A stretch of DNA of 40,000 bases, taken from assembly GCF_039822625.1 (NCBI RefSeq), contig NZ_JBDLLG010000018.1, positions 1 to 40,000 on the forward strand, written 5' to 3'. This document shows positions 1 through 9,014 of this stretch, piece by piece. The translations under genes and the position numbers were made by a program. The notes beneath the pieces were generated by a model that was given only the letters and a program-made list of their open reading frames with translations, was not told where the DNA came from and made no database searches. Source of the stretch: Marinimicrobium locisalis. GTDB taxonomy: Bacteria; Pseudomonadota; Gammaproteobacteria; Pseudomonadales; Cellvibrionaceae. Position 1 is the first letter of the stretch; each line of letters opens with the position of its first letter.

Positions 1-11
1 GACGACGTACG

Positions 12-56
12 GTGGGTCAAAATTAATGGCCAAACGTGGGTCAAAATAGATGGCCA
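12..56. repeat. Two 21-bp iteron-like direct repeats, GTGGGTCAAAAT-NN-ATGGCCA, at 12-32 and 36-56
   Basis: Read directly: gtgggtcaaaatTAatggcca and gtgggtcaaaatAGatggcca, 19/21 identical with a 24-bp period. They lie immediately 5' of, and overlap, the start of the Rep ORF. Confidence 0.6.
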
Positions 57-1469
57 TTGACAAGGGGCACCGAAACAGATATCTATGAGGCTTATCACCG
101 CCTAGGGGCTGAGGGCATGCTGGGGCTAGTATCCCAGCTTACGAACAAGACCGGCATTCCCTTTCCGCTTGCCAACCCTGAGAAGGCACCTAAGAAGGCA
201 AAAGTCGCCGCCTTGGCCAGAGTCTGCGATGAGCTGTGGTGGCGCCGGAAAGTCAGGACCAAGCAATGGCGAGAGCTGGAGGCGCTGGCTCGCGAGATGG
301 GACTGGTGAGCCTCAAGCGAGGGGCCTACGTCTCAGACTTCACCTTTAAGCGCCGCTGGCTCCAAAAACAAGAGAATCGAGCCCTACTAGAGGCTCTGGA
401 AGCCATCAACGAAGAAGGTGCCACCTATACGCTTGCGGAGCTGGCTGACCTCTCAACGTCGAACCCGGCCATTCGCCGCGCAGAAATGATGGTTCGGACT
501 CGGGGATTTGAAGAGATAGCCAAACACTCGACAGTCGCCTACCAAGCGATGTTTTATACCATTACCTGCCCCAGTAAATTCCACTCGGCACTGCATTATG
601 GTGGCGCCAACCCCAAGTACCAAGGCTCCACTCCACGAGAAGCCCAAGAATACCTGAACACACAATGGCAGAGAGCCCGAGCGGCATTCGGTAGGAAGGA
701 TATTCAACCCTACGGAATGCGCGTCACTGAGCCGCACCACGACGGAACGCCCCATTGGCACCTCTTGCTCTTCATTCCGGCGAACCAGGCCGCACAAGCA
801 ACCGAGATTTTGAGGCACTACGCCCTGGCGGAAGACGGGGATGAGCCAGGAGCGGCACTAAGACGCTTTACCGCCGAGACCATAGATCCCAAGAAAGGCA
901 GCGCTACCGGCTACATCGCCAAATACATCTCCAAGAATATCGACGGTCTCGGCATCGACGCCGATTCCTACGGACGGGACGCCAAAGAAAGCGCCATAAG
1001 AATTGAAGCCTGGGCTTCCGTGTGGGGGATTCGTCAGTTTCAGCAGATTGGAGGCCCTAGCGTCACCGTCTGGCGGGAGCTACGGCGACTGGACTCGACA
1101 GCCGAGGACAAGGACCTACTCCAAAGGCTAGTCGCGGCCGCCGACAGCAGCGACTGGGAAGAGTATACGCGCCTCATGGGCGGCGCCATTTGCGCAAGGA
1201 AAGCGCGCCCACTAAGACCCATGATGATTACGCGGGAAGCTCTCAATAAGTACGGGGAAGCGGTAAAGACCTTGAAGGGGCTGCTCTATGGCGTCGAGCG
1301 GGTAGCAACCCGCGTCCATGAGTGGACCGTACGCCTTGTCAGTCAAAACGTCAGCCAGGCGACAGCGGATGCTGAGGTTTCCGCTATTCAATCCGATCAT
1401 ATCCAACACATGAACCCCTACCTACTGGCACCGCCGTCAAATTTCGCGCCCTTGGAGTTCTGTCAATAA
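36..1469 (+). CDS. Rolling-circle (HUH) replication initiator, phage P2 GpA family
   Basis: HUH-type motif TPHWHLLLF and a Tyr motif GYIAKYISKNIDG typical of the Phage_GPA family. The start is uncertain. The GTG at 36 lies inside repeat 2, the first in-frame ATG is at 117, and an upstream stop sits at 24-26. Confidence 0.75.
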   Translation: MGQNRWPLTRGTETDIYEAYHRLGAEGMLGLVSQLTNKTGIPFPLANPEKAPKKAKVAALARVCDELWWRRKVRTKQWRELEALAREMGLVSLKRGAYVSDFTFKRRWLQKQENRALLEALEAINEEGATYTLAELADLSTSNPAIRRAEMMVRTRGFEEIAKHSTVAYQAMFYTITCPSKFHSALHYGGANPKYQGSTPREAQEYLNTQWQRARAAFGRKDIQPYGMRVTEPHHDGTPHWHLLLFIPANQAAQATEILRHYALAEDGDEPGAALRRFTAETIDPKKGSATGYIAKYISKNIDGLGIDADSYGRDAKESAIRIEAWASVWGIRQFQQIGGPSVTVWRELRRLDSTAEDKDLLQRLVAAADSSDWEEYTRLMGGAICARKARPLRPMMITREALNKYGEAVKTLKGLLYGVERVATRVHEWTVRLVSQNVSQATADAEVSAIQSDHIQHMNPYLLAPPSNFAPLEFCQ

Positions 1470-1493
1470 CTGTACTCCAAGGTCAAAGTAGCT

Positions 1494-1703
1494 CTAAATC
1501 ATCGAGCAACCAAAAAAGGGTTTCACGTTGTGATGAAGGTAAGACCCTAACGATTCCGCCCCCATTAACTCCGAGTAAATATGGTCGGGAACATCATAAT
1601 ATTGATAGATACGAGCATTATTAAATTCCACTTCCAGAATCGACGAATCCGGGTCGTACCCCACCGAGACCAAATTGCTTGAACTTACGGGTGTTCGTTC
1701 CAT
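1494..1703 (-). CDS. KTSC domain-containing small protein
   Basis: 69 aa. SSNLVSVGYDPDSSILEVEFNNARIYQYYDVPDHIYSELMGAESLGSY matches the KTSC (PF13619) pattern. Confidence 0.7.
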   Translation of the reverse strand: MERTPVSSSNLVSVGYDPDSSILEVEFNNARIYQYYDVPDHIYSELMGAESLGSYLHHNVKPFFGCSMI

Positions 1704-1741
1704 AGTAACTATCTCCAGCGCTATCGACGTTAGCTAATAAT

Positions 1742-3532
1742 TTACTCGTCATCAAGGTAGGCATTTTGCTTTCGCCATGATTCCACGAGCTTTCGGTAAT
1801 CCATTGCCTTATAAGGCTTCGACCAACTCTCAGAGACTTTGGGGTCTCGACTGTCTGGAAAACGCCCCTCCCTAGGAACCTTAAACCGACAGCGCATGGG
1901 AAGCTTGGCAGCCTCTCCCGTCACGATAGCTTCACCAGTTCTCAATATGGGAAGGGCATCTACAATGCCGGAAAGGCCATCAGACATCGCCGATTTTACT
2001 CTTGCTCGGTCCGTGGCGTTGTTAATCCTCAAAGCAAACATAGTACCGCACTGAGAAAGAATTGTTTCATCGATCTCGGATGGCCGCTGACTAACGAGCA
2101 TTAGACCCACACCAAACTTTCTACCTTCCTTTGCAATTCTGCGCACCATTTCCTTTGAGAACCCGATACTTTCATTTGACAAGTACCTATGCGCTTCCTC
2201 CATTACCAACAAAAGAGGGGCCTTTTTCATCCCCTCTTCAAGGTTCCTTCCCCATATAGCAGCTTCAAACAAAACATCCAGCACTGCCCCAAGAAGAAGA
2301 CTAAGCCTAGCTGAGGGCATTCCGGACAAATCCAGTATTGTAACGGGCTTATCTCCTCCCACCCAGCTACCGATTAAATCCGACAAGTCGGATTTAATAT
2401 TACCGTCGGCGTCAGGATTCCAGTCACCTGGGGAAAGAAAGAACTCATACTGACTATCGGTCAATCTAGACTTCATGAGGTCAAGAGACCTTTTCATCAC
2501 TTGAGCACCACCTTTCGCAACATGGCTATCTGTGCGTTGGCTAGGCGGCTTAAATTTTGGCGATCTTAACTGCTCTGCGTCACCCTCATCATCAAAGGCG
2601 GGTTTAGTTTTCTCTTTATCATACCAATTTACATTATCCTCGAAGCTCAAGTCATACCAGATTCGCTTCAATCTAAAAGGCAAAGGTGTGTAGGGTGTTA
2701 TCTTGTCGATATCAATATCCATTGAGTTTTCTTTAGCGAACGCTTTCTTTTCGTCGACAATCGCGTCCATAAACTTATTCTTAACAAGCTCATTCTGGCC
2801 ACAAAGAAACTCAATTAAACTCTCGGGTGAGACACACCAGTATGGAATAAATAAACGCTTCTCGTCTTGCCTAGGGAACACCGAGTAAACCGTGGAAATA
2901 TCTCCCAGTGCAGATGCATACTCCCCGTGAATATCAAAGAGAACTATCCGAGAAGAGGGCTTCAAAATCTCGTCACTGGGACCTGCCACTACTGAACGCA
3001 ATAGGCTAGAAACGCTTGTCGACTTTCCTGAACCTGTGGAGCCAAGTAACGCGGAGTGCCTATTAACAAGATCATCAAGATCGACACTTACGTCAATTCC
3101 ATCTGAGCTAGACAGCCTCCCTATAACCACTTGCCCGTCAGACTGAGAACCGTAAATCTTTCTCAAGTCCTCTTCAGTAACCAAATGAGCCTCGTCGCCG
3201 ATGCTTGGAAATTGGCTAATTCCTCGCTCGAACTCATCCCCAATGGCCTCCCCAACAAGCTCAACCCGGACAGTTCGTCGCTCGGGGTCACTATCATCTA
3301 AGCCTGATGCTGTTGATTCCGCTGTTTCGGAAATGACACCATAAAGATTGTTGTAACCTTGCGGGATTCGTACAAAACTACCGACCTGGCCAATTTTATG
3401 TGTCCTCCCGCCTATTATTAGCAACCCCGATCGAACTTGTGCGGTAAGAAGAACGATTAGGGAGCCCCCAGACACCGACAACACAGAACCCAGATAGGTG
3501 GGGTTATTCTTCATTTTCCCCTCCCTCTTCAA
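1742..3532 (-). CDS. herA: HerA-like (DUF87) ATPase, partner of SIR2 in the SIR2-HerA anti-phage system
   Basis: Walker A GSTGSGKS. Walker B-like LLLVMEEAHRY. FtsK/HerA-type C-terminal half (VSQRPSEID). It overlaps the end of the upstream SIR2 gene. An alternative start MKNNPTY lies at 3514. Confidence 0.8.
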   Translation of the reverse strand: MKREGKMKNNPTYLGSVLSVSGGSLIVLLTAQVRSGLLIIGGRTHKIGQVGSFVRIPQGYNNLYGVISETAESTASGLDDSDPERRTVRVELVGEAIGDEFERGISQFPSIGDEAHLVTEEDLRKIYGSQSDGQVVIGRLSSSDGIDVSVDLDDLVNRHSALLGSTGSGKSTSVSSLLRSVVAGPSDEILKPSSRIVLFDIHGEYASALGDISTVYSVFPRQDEKRLFIPYWCVSPESLIEFLCGQNELVKNKFMDAIVDEKKAFAKENSMDIDIDKITPYTPLPFRLKRIWYDLSFEDNVNWYDKEKTKPAFDDEGDAEQLRSPKFKPPSQRTDSHVAKGGAQVMKRSLDLMKSRLTDSQYEFFLSPGDWNPDADGNIKSDLSDLIGSWVGGDKPVTILDLSGMPSARLSLLLGAVLDVLFEAAIWGRNLEEGMKKAPLLLVMEEAHRYLSNESIGFSKEMVRRIAKEGRKFGVGLMLVSQRPSEIDETILSQCGTMFALRINNATDRARVKSAMSDGLSGIVDALPILRTGEAIVTGEAAKLPMRCRFKVPREGRFPDSRDPKVSESWSKPYKAMDYRKLVESWRKQNAYLDDE

Positions 3533-4688
3533 CGACCTCCGGACTAGGGATTAGGCTCTTCCCCCCTCCAGACTTAGCCAAGAGTCTAGCGAAAGACACG
3601 AAATCACCTAAGATAAACTTTTCATTTTCCCAGTATTCGCTTCTCATGACCTCCCAGTTTTTACTTGGAAGATCCCCTAGCTTCCAGTTAGCCTTCACTC
3701 CATTAATCACAGCGCCGTCCTTACAATACACACTGATATTAGGGCGTCGCTGTGCAAGTTCGACAGAAGGACTTTCTTCATCGAGTTTTTTAAACTGAAA
3801 TGCGAGAATCGCTGCCGATGCATTTTCAGACATGCACTCATCTAATTTTGCCGAAATATGAGCATCCGCAAACGAAAAACCTGCGGTAATCAAAAGGCTG
3901 TCGGGTTCAAGCAAGAAAGCTTTCAGCCTTTCAAAGAGTGAGGTGAATGGTGCTGACTGTGTTTGATCGTATTTTACGTGCGACGGGTAGACCATTGTTC
4001 CTGCACCCGAGCCTTCGCGTCTCACCACCTCACCGGTCGGGCTCTCAGACCAATTTATTGATCCATGTAACTTCCATAGCCTAACCCACCTTGCAGGCAA
4101 GTCATTGCTGGAAATACTGGATGGGTCGAAGAAGGCAGTTTTAGAGCCAGAGAAGCCATCAAAATAAGGGGTTCGAACCCTCTCCAAAGCCTCTTCTAGG
4201 AGCAAATCATAGTTCGTCGTAAATAGCTCAACCGCGTGGTCACGCCTGATCCCATTTATCCAAGATATCATGTCCGAATATGGGTTTTCCCCTTCAGGTA
4301 ACGGTTTATCCACTACCTCTTTTATAACCCCACAAATCCGCTCAGAGAGAGCGGTATAGCCATCAGCATCCAAACCATGAACTTTTGATGTGCCTATCAC
4401 TTCAGCAAGAGATCGCACCCTAGACAGGACTAACTCGAGGTTGCTGTCATTTAAATCTTCCTCCAACAGTTCAAACGCAGATCTCTCTTCAGCGTCTAAC
4501 CCCTGACGGACAATTTTCGTTAACCCAGCGATATCTGGAATGAGCGGCTCCCAACCGCCGTCTTGAGATATGTTAATACTGACAGGAGCACCAGCCCCAA
4601 TCAGCACCCCTATTTTCTTTCTTCCATGAGTCAAGATATGCTTAAAGTCGTACATATATTGATCAGGGTTGTGGACGGTCTCAGCCAT
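3504..4688 (-). CDS. SIR2-family (SIR2_2) NADase-type defence protein
   Basis: GVLIGAGAPVS N-terminal glycine-rich loop, then FTTNYDLLLEEA and WKLHGSINW motifs typical of SIR2_2 domain proteins. It is co-oriented with the HerA gene and overlaps it. Confidence 0.8.
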   Translation of the reverse strand: MAETVHNPDQYMYDFKHILTHGRKKIGVLIGAGAPVSINISQDGGWEPLIPDIAGLTKIVRQGLDAEERSAFELLEEDLNDSNLELVLSRVRSLAEVIGTSKVHGLDADGYTALSERICGVIKEVVDKPLPEGENPYSDMISWINGIRRDHAVELFTTNYDLLLEEALERVRTPYFDGFSGSKTAFFDPSSISSNDLPARWVRLWKLHGSINWSESPTGEVVRREGSGAGTMVYPSHVKYDQTQSAPFTSLFERLKAFLLEPDSLLITAGFSFADAHISAKLDECMSENASAAILAFQFKKLDEESPSVELAQRRPNISVYCKDGAVINGVKANWKLGDLPSKNWEVMRSEYWENEKFILGDFVSFARLLAKSGGGKSLIPSPEVVEEGGENEE

Positions 4689-4844
4689 TTAAGCTCCTTA
4701 ATGATCGCCGTTGCCATTGACGCAGTATCGACACCCAAAATACGGTGGCAAACATAAGGATTCAAGAGAAAACGAATATATGTCTCAGAACGGACCTGAA
4801 ACCATCAGAAAAATAGGACTTAATATGGACTTAAATGACGGGCA

Positions 4845-4871
4845 CAAAAAAGCCCGCTACATGAGCGGGCT
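4845..4871 (-). terminator. Rho-independent terminator of the tRNA-Ala gene
   Basis: Minus strand reads AGCCCGCT-CATGT-AGCGGGCT followed by TTTTTTGTG, beginning 29 nt after the tRNA 3' end. Confidence 0.7.
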
Positions 4872-4899
4872 TCTAAGTCGCTGATTTAACAGCATTTTT

Positions 4900-4975
4900 T
4901 GGTGGAGCCTAGCGGGATCGAACCGCTGACCTCAACACTGCCAGTGTTGCGCTCTCCCAGCTGAGCTAAGGCCCC
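4900..4975 (-). tRNA. tRNA-Ala (anticodon GGC)
   Basis: Minus strand reads GGGGCCTTAGCTCAGCTGGGAGAGCGCAACACTGGCAGTGTTGAGGTCAGCGGTTCGATCCCGCTAGGCTCCACCA. It has a 7-bp acceptor stem with the G3:U70 alanine identity pair, anticodon loop CTGGCAG, a GTTCGATCC T-arm and an encoded CCA. Confidence 0.95.
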
Positions 4976-5116
4976 ACATTTGGGTGCGCTTCGTGAGAAG
5001 CGGGGCGCATTGTAGCACCCCGAAAGAGGCTGTCAATACTAAATTGAGCAAATTTCCTAATTCTTTGATTTTTAGGTAGTTTTTGTTCAATTTCAGCCGC
5101 CCCTACCCGGCTTTCG

Positions 5117-6595
5117 CTATAGGGCCAGGTAGGCTTTTTCCAGCTTTTTGAGCTGTTTTTTGCCGACGCCGCCCAGCACTTCCAGGGCCTGGCGCAGGCG
5201 GGCGCGGCTCAGGTCCGGGCCGAGCAGGACCATGGCGTCCATCACCGAGAAGGAGGCCGTGGTGCCCGAGATGGCCACGAACAGCGGGGCCAGGAAGTCT
5301 TTGACCTTGGTCTCGGTGGCGTCGGCCAGGGCTTTGAGCTCGGCGAAGATGGCGTCTCGCTCCCAGTGGCGCAGGGCTTCCAGGCGCCAGAGGGCGAATT
5401 GGAGGACGCGCTTTTGCTCGTCCAGCTCCATCTTGTTGCCGGTGAAGTGGGCTTCGGTCAGGCCCAGGTTGCCGGTGGCCAGGAAGCTGACCAGGGGGGC
5501 GAAGTCCCCCAGGGTTTCCATGCGGGGCTGGGCGTGGGGCAGCACTTGCAGGAGCGTCTCCCGGTTGTAGACCCAGGCTTGCAGCCGGTCGGCCAGTTGC
5601 TCGGTGGAGAGGTCTTCACGAATCCACAGGCCGTTGAGCCAGGAGAGTTTTTCCACATCGAAGATGGGGCCGCCGAGGGAGACGCGGTTGATGTCGAAAT
5701 GGCTCTGCATTTCCGCCAGGGTGAACTTTTCGCGCTCATCGGGCATGGACCAGCCCATGCGGCCGAGGTAGTTCAGTACCGCCTCGGGCAGGAAGCCGGC
5801 GGCCTGGTAGTACAGGATGCTGGTGGGGTTTTTGCGCTTGCTCAGTTTGGACTTGTCCGGGTTGCGCAGCAGTGGCAGGTGGCACAGCACTGGCGCTTCC
5901 CAGCCGAAGTATTCGTACAGCTTGAGGTGTTTGGGGGCGGAGTTGATCCATTCCTCCCCACGAATCACGTGGGTGATGCCCATCAGGTGGTCGTCCACCA
6001 CGTTGGCCAGGTGGTAGGTGGGCATGCCGTCGCCCTTGAGCAGGACCTGCATGTCTACCTGGGACCAGTCGATGTCGATGTCGCCGCGCAGCATATCTTG
6101 CACCTTGCAGCTGCCCTCTTCCGGCACTTTCATGCGGATGACGTAGGGCTCGCCCGCGTCCAGGCGCTGTTTGACTTCCGCGTCGCTCAGCTTGAGGCCT
6201 CGGCCGTCGTATTTTGGGGTTTCACCCCGGGCCTGCTGTTCGGCGCGCATTTCGTCGAGTTCTTCGGCGGTGGCAAAGCAGTAGAAGGCGTGGCCTTTTT
6301 CCACCAGTTCCTCGGCGTAGCCGCGATAGAGGTCCATGCGTTCGCTCTGGCGGTAGGGCCCGTGGTCACCACCGACGTCCGGGCCTTCGTCCCACTCGAT
6401 GCCGAGCCAGCGCAGGCTGTCCAGAATGGCTTTTTCCGATTCCGGGGTGCTGCGGGTCTGGTCGGTGTCTTCAATGCGCAGCAGGAACTGGCCGCCGTGC
6501 TGGCGCGCGAAGCAGAGATTGAACAAGGCGATGTAGGCGGTGCCGACGTGGGGGTCGCCCGTCGGCGAAGGCGCAATGCGGGTGCGAACGGTCAT
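5117..6595 (-). CDS. gltX: Glutamate--tRNA ligase
   Basis: N-terminus [22 protein letters not shown] (HIGH-type motif) and a KLSKRK KMSKS-type motif. 492 aa, the typical length. Confidence 0.95.
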   Translation of the reverse strand: MTVRTRIAPSPTGDPHVGTAYIALFNLCFARQHGGQFLLRIEDTDQTRSTPESEKAILDSLRWLGIEWDEGPDVGGDHGPYRQSERMDLYRGYAEELVEKGHAFYCFATAEELDEMRAEQQARGETPKYDGRGLKLSDAEVKQRLDAGEPYVIRMKVPEEGSCKVQDMLRGDIDIDWSQVDMQVLLKGDGMPTYHLANVVDDHLMGITHVIRGEEWINSAPKHLKLYEYFGWEAPVLCHLPLLRNPDKSKLSKRKNPTSILYYQAAGFLPEAVLNYLGRMGWSMPDEREKFTLAEMQSHFDINRVSLGGPIFDVEKLSWLNGLWIREDLSTEQLADRLQAWVYNRETLLQVLPHAQPRMETLGDFAPLVSFLATGNLGLTEAHFTGNKMELDEQKRVLQFALWRLEALRHWERDAIFAELKALADATETKVKDFLAPLFVAISGTTASFSVMDAMVLLGPDLSRARLRQALEVLGGVGKKQLKKLEKAYLAL

Positions 6596-6760
6596 AGTAT
6601 GAATTCCGTCGAGTTTGTCGGTTTTGAGTGTATGGGGGGCGGAGTCACCCGGCTTGTCGGTTCGCTTGACGCGTCACGTTGCGCCAGGAGGCGACGAGCC
6701 GGGGGCGCCGAAAAAACGGCGCCCATTGTAACTCAACTAAAGGCGGGGATGGAGGGCGGC

Positions 6761-7666
6761 TTATTGCGGGTCGGGTTTGACGAACCGCAGGGTCATGCGA
6801 TCGCTCTCGCCGATTTCCTGATACACATCCCGATTCTCTTCGCCCAAACGCAGGGTGGGCGGCAGGGTCCAGACGCCTTCCGGGTGGTCGTGGGTGTCCC
6901 GGGGGTTGGCGTTGATGTTGCTGCGGTCTTCCAACTCCAGGCCGGCCGCTTCCGCCAGTTCAATAACCTCCTGCTCCGAGACATAGCCTGAGCTGGCGGT
7001 TTCTTCCGCCGGCGCATTGTCTTCGGCCCGGTGCTGAACCACGCCCAGAACGCCGCCGGGCTTGAGCACTTCGGCAAAAGCCGCAAACATGGCTGGCGCC
7101 TGACCGGCGTTGATCCAGTTATGGGTATTGCGGAAGGTCAGCACCATGTCGGCGGACTCTGGCTCGCCGAGGGTGGGGTCGGCCGGGTTGTAAAAGCGCA
7201 ACTCGGCGTCGCCGTAGACGGCAGTTTGCTCGTCAAACCGGGTTTGGATTTGCTCGGCCTGACGAACGATGTAGGACGGCATGTCCGCCAACTCAGGGTT
7301 GGGCTGGAGGGCGATGTATTGGCCTTCCTCTTTCACAAACGGTGCAATGATCTCCATATACCAGCCGCCACCGGGGTTGACTTCGATCACCGTGTCGTCC
7401 CGTTCAAGACCAAAGAAGAACAGCGTTTCTTCCGGGTTGCGGTACTCATCGCGAGCGCGATTGGCGTCACTGCGGTGCGAGCTGGTCAGAATTTTCAATA
7501 TGGTATCGCCCGGCGCTTCTTCTGCCGCTTGCTGGGGTTCTTGAGCCGGGGCCTCGGTCATAGCGGTCGTTTCCGCTGCTTCCTCTTTGCTGTTTTCGGT
7601 TTGCGAATCACAGGCGGCCAACGCCAATAGCGCTGACATCCCTACTACCGTCTTGAGTGCTTTCAT
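6761..7666 (-). CDS. Predicted lipoprotein with class I SAM-dependent methyltransferase fold
   Basis: Signal peptide plus lipobox (MSALLALAAC). VIEVNPGGGWY and VLKPGGVLGVV resemble methyltransferase motifs I and post-I. The function itself is not supported further. Confidence 0.55.
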   Translation of the reverse strand: MKALKTVVGMSALLALAACDSQTENSKEEAAETTAMTEAPAQEPQQAAEEAPGDTILKILTSSHRSDANRARDEYRNPEETLFFFGLERDDTVIEVNPGGGWYMEIIAPFVKEEGQYIALQPNPELADMPSYIVRQAEQIQTRFDEQTAVYGDAELRFYNPADPTLGEPESADMVLTFRNTHNWINAGQAPAMFAAFAEVLKPGGVLGVVQHRAEDNAPAEETASSGYVSEQEVIELAEAAGLELEDRSNINANPRDTHDHPEGVWTLPPTLRLGEENRDVYQEIGESDRMTLRFVKPDPQ

Positions 7667-7715
7667 GTATTGCCTCCGGTTTTTATAAAGTCGTTAAAGG
7701 AAATGCGTGCGTCAA

Positions 7716-8162
7716 TTATTGCCAACGGCCCAGGGCTTCTTGGTCTTTGGCTTTGGCCTCAACCCAGACCGGGCCGTCTTCGGTTTTTTCTTGTTTCCAA
7801 AAGGGCGCGCGGTTTTTCAAGTAGTCCATAATAAATTCAGCCGCCTGAAACGAGGCATCCCGGTGGGAGCTGGTCACGCCGACGAACACGATTTCATCGC
7901 CCAGGGTCATCGCCCCCACCCGATGAATAACGCGCACCCGCTCCAGGGGCCAGCGTTCGCGCGCCTCGCTGACAATCGCTTCCAACGCTTTCTCGGTCAT
8001 TCCCGGGTAGTGTTCCAAACTCAGGCCGGTGACCTGACGACCATCGTTGCGGGCGCGCACCCGGCCCACGAAAAACACCGCCGCGCCGGAGTCGACATCA
8101 TCGCCCGTCAGTTGACTGTATTCGCGGGCGACGTCAAAGGGTTCTCGTTGCACCGAGATCAT
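7716..8162 (-). CDS. moaE: Molybdopterin synthase catalytic subunit MoaE
   Basis: 148 aa with a family-typical sequence (FVGRVR...LEHYPGMTEKAL...HRDASFQAAEFIMDYLKNRAPFWK). It follows moaD after a 2-nt gap. Confidence 0.9.
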   Translation of the reverse strand: MISVQREPFDVAREYSQLTGDDVDSGAAVFFVGRVRARNDGRQVTGLSLEHYPGMTEKALEAIVSEARERWPLERVRVIHRVGAMTLGDEIVFVGVTSSHRDASFQAAEFIMDYLKNRAPFWKQEKTEDGPVWVEAKAKDQEALGRWQ

Positions 8163-8164
8163 GC

Positions 8165-8413
8165 TTAGCCTCCCGTCACCGGCGGCATAAAGGCCACTTC
8201 GTCGCCGTCCTTCACTTCGTGATCGGATTTCACCAACTCCTGGTTTACGGCGAATAAGACGCCGCTCTGGCTCAACGGTTCCCGCCAGTTCGGGTGTTCG
8301 GCCACGAGCCGTTCCCGAACCAGGGTCACGTTGTCCTGCTCAACCGCTTCGGTCGTCAGGGAGTCGCACCCCAATTGGTCCCGAAGGCGGGCAAAAAACC
8401 GTACCTGTATCAA
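8165..8413 (-). CDS. moaD: Molybdopterin synthase sulfur-carrier subunit MoaD
   Basis: C-terminal ...PPVTGG, the hallmark of MoaD. I prefer the TTG start at 8413 (82 aa). It is preceded by GGAGG and forms a TTGA overlap with the moaC stop. The 123-aa track ORF (to 8536) would overlap moaC by 127 nt. Confidence 0.85.
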   Translation of the reverse strand: MIQVRFFARLRDQLGCDSLTTEAVEQDNVTLVRERLVAEHPNWREPLSQSGVLFAVNQELVKSDHEVKDGDEVAFMPPVTGG

Positions 8414-8919
8414 GAGTTCGCCTCCTGTTCTGACACGTTGCCCGGCCATTCCCGAACATAGTGGCCCCAGCGCCCGCCGGATTTCTCCAGCAAGCGCAGG
8501 TTTTCTATCACCATGCCCATGTCCACGGCTTTGCACATGTCGTAAATGGTGAGCGCGGCGACGCTGGCCGCCGTCAGCGCTTCCATTTCAACCCCTGTTT
8601 GCCCGGTGAGCTTGCAGCGCGTTTCAATTATCACGCCGGCGGGTTCTTCCTGAAGCTCGAACTCCACGCCCACTTTGCTTAACGCCAGGGGGTGACAGAG
8701 CGGAATTAAGTCACTGCACTGTTTGGCCGCCTGAATACCAGCGATACGGGCGACGGACAGCACGTCGCCTTTTTTAAGGCCGTTTTCACGGATTAAGGCC
8801 AGGGTGGCCGGTTGCATTCGGATAAAAGCGCCGGCGCGCGCCTCTCTGACGGTGGCGTCTTTATCGGAGACGTCCACCATGCTGGCACGGCCGTGATCAT
8901 CAGTGTGAGTCAAACTCAT
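8410..8919 (-). CDS. moaC: Cyclic pyranopterin monophosphate synthase MoaC
   Basis: [27 protein letters not shown]... and DLIPLCHPL... are typical MoaC. I chose the start at M16 of the track ORF (8919). The track start at 8964 remains possible. Confidence 0.9.
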   Translation of the reverse strand: MSLTHTDDHGRASMVDVSDKDATVREARAGAFIRMQPATLALIRENGLKKGDVLSVARIAGIQAAKQCSDLIPLCHPLALSKVGVEFELQEEPAGVIIETRCKLTGQTGVEMEALTAASVAALTIYDMCKAVDMGMVIENLRLLEKSGGRWGHYVREWPGNVSEQEANS

Positions 8920-9014
8920 AGTAAACCCGGACTGGTTAACGGAAGTACCGCGCATCATACCCAAAAAAAGCGCCCGCCGGGGGCGGGCAGGCGCTTTGCG
9001 TGGCAGGCTACCGA

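Noticed and set aside
4840-4975. Direct repeat of the tRNA-Ala 3' end (att site) elsewhere in the window
   Set aside because: I found no second copy of GGTTCGATCCCGCTAGGCTCCACCA or of the terminator sequence in the window. The island's far boundary is presumably left of position 1, so the att structure cannot be established here.
6702-6725. Hairpin GGGCGCCG-aaaaaa-CGGCGCCC between the methyltransferase gene and gltX, considered as a terminator
   Set aside because: The A/T run is in the loop rather than after the stem. There is no U-tract on either strand, so I do not call it an intrinsic terminator.
5366-6991. 541-aa plus-strand ORF
   Set aside because: It is entirely antisense to the well-supported gltX and runs into the methyltransferase gene. 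The G/A/V/Q-rich low-information composition is typical of antisense frames in GC-rich DNA. No motifs.
8165-8536. 123-aa version of the MoaD ORF
   Set aside because: It would overlap moaC by >120 nt. A TTG start at 8413 with a GGAGG SD gives the canonical ~82-aa MoaD ending in GG.
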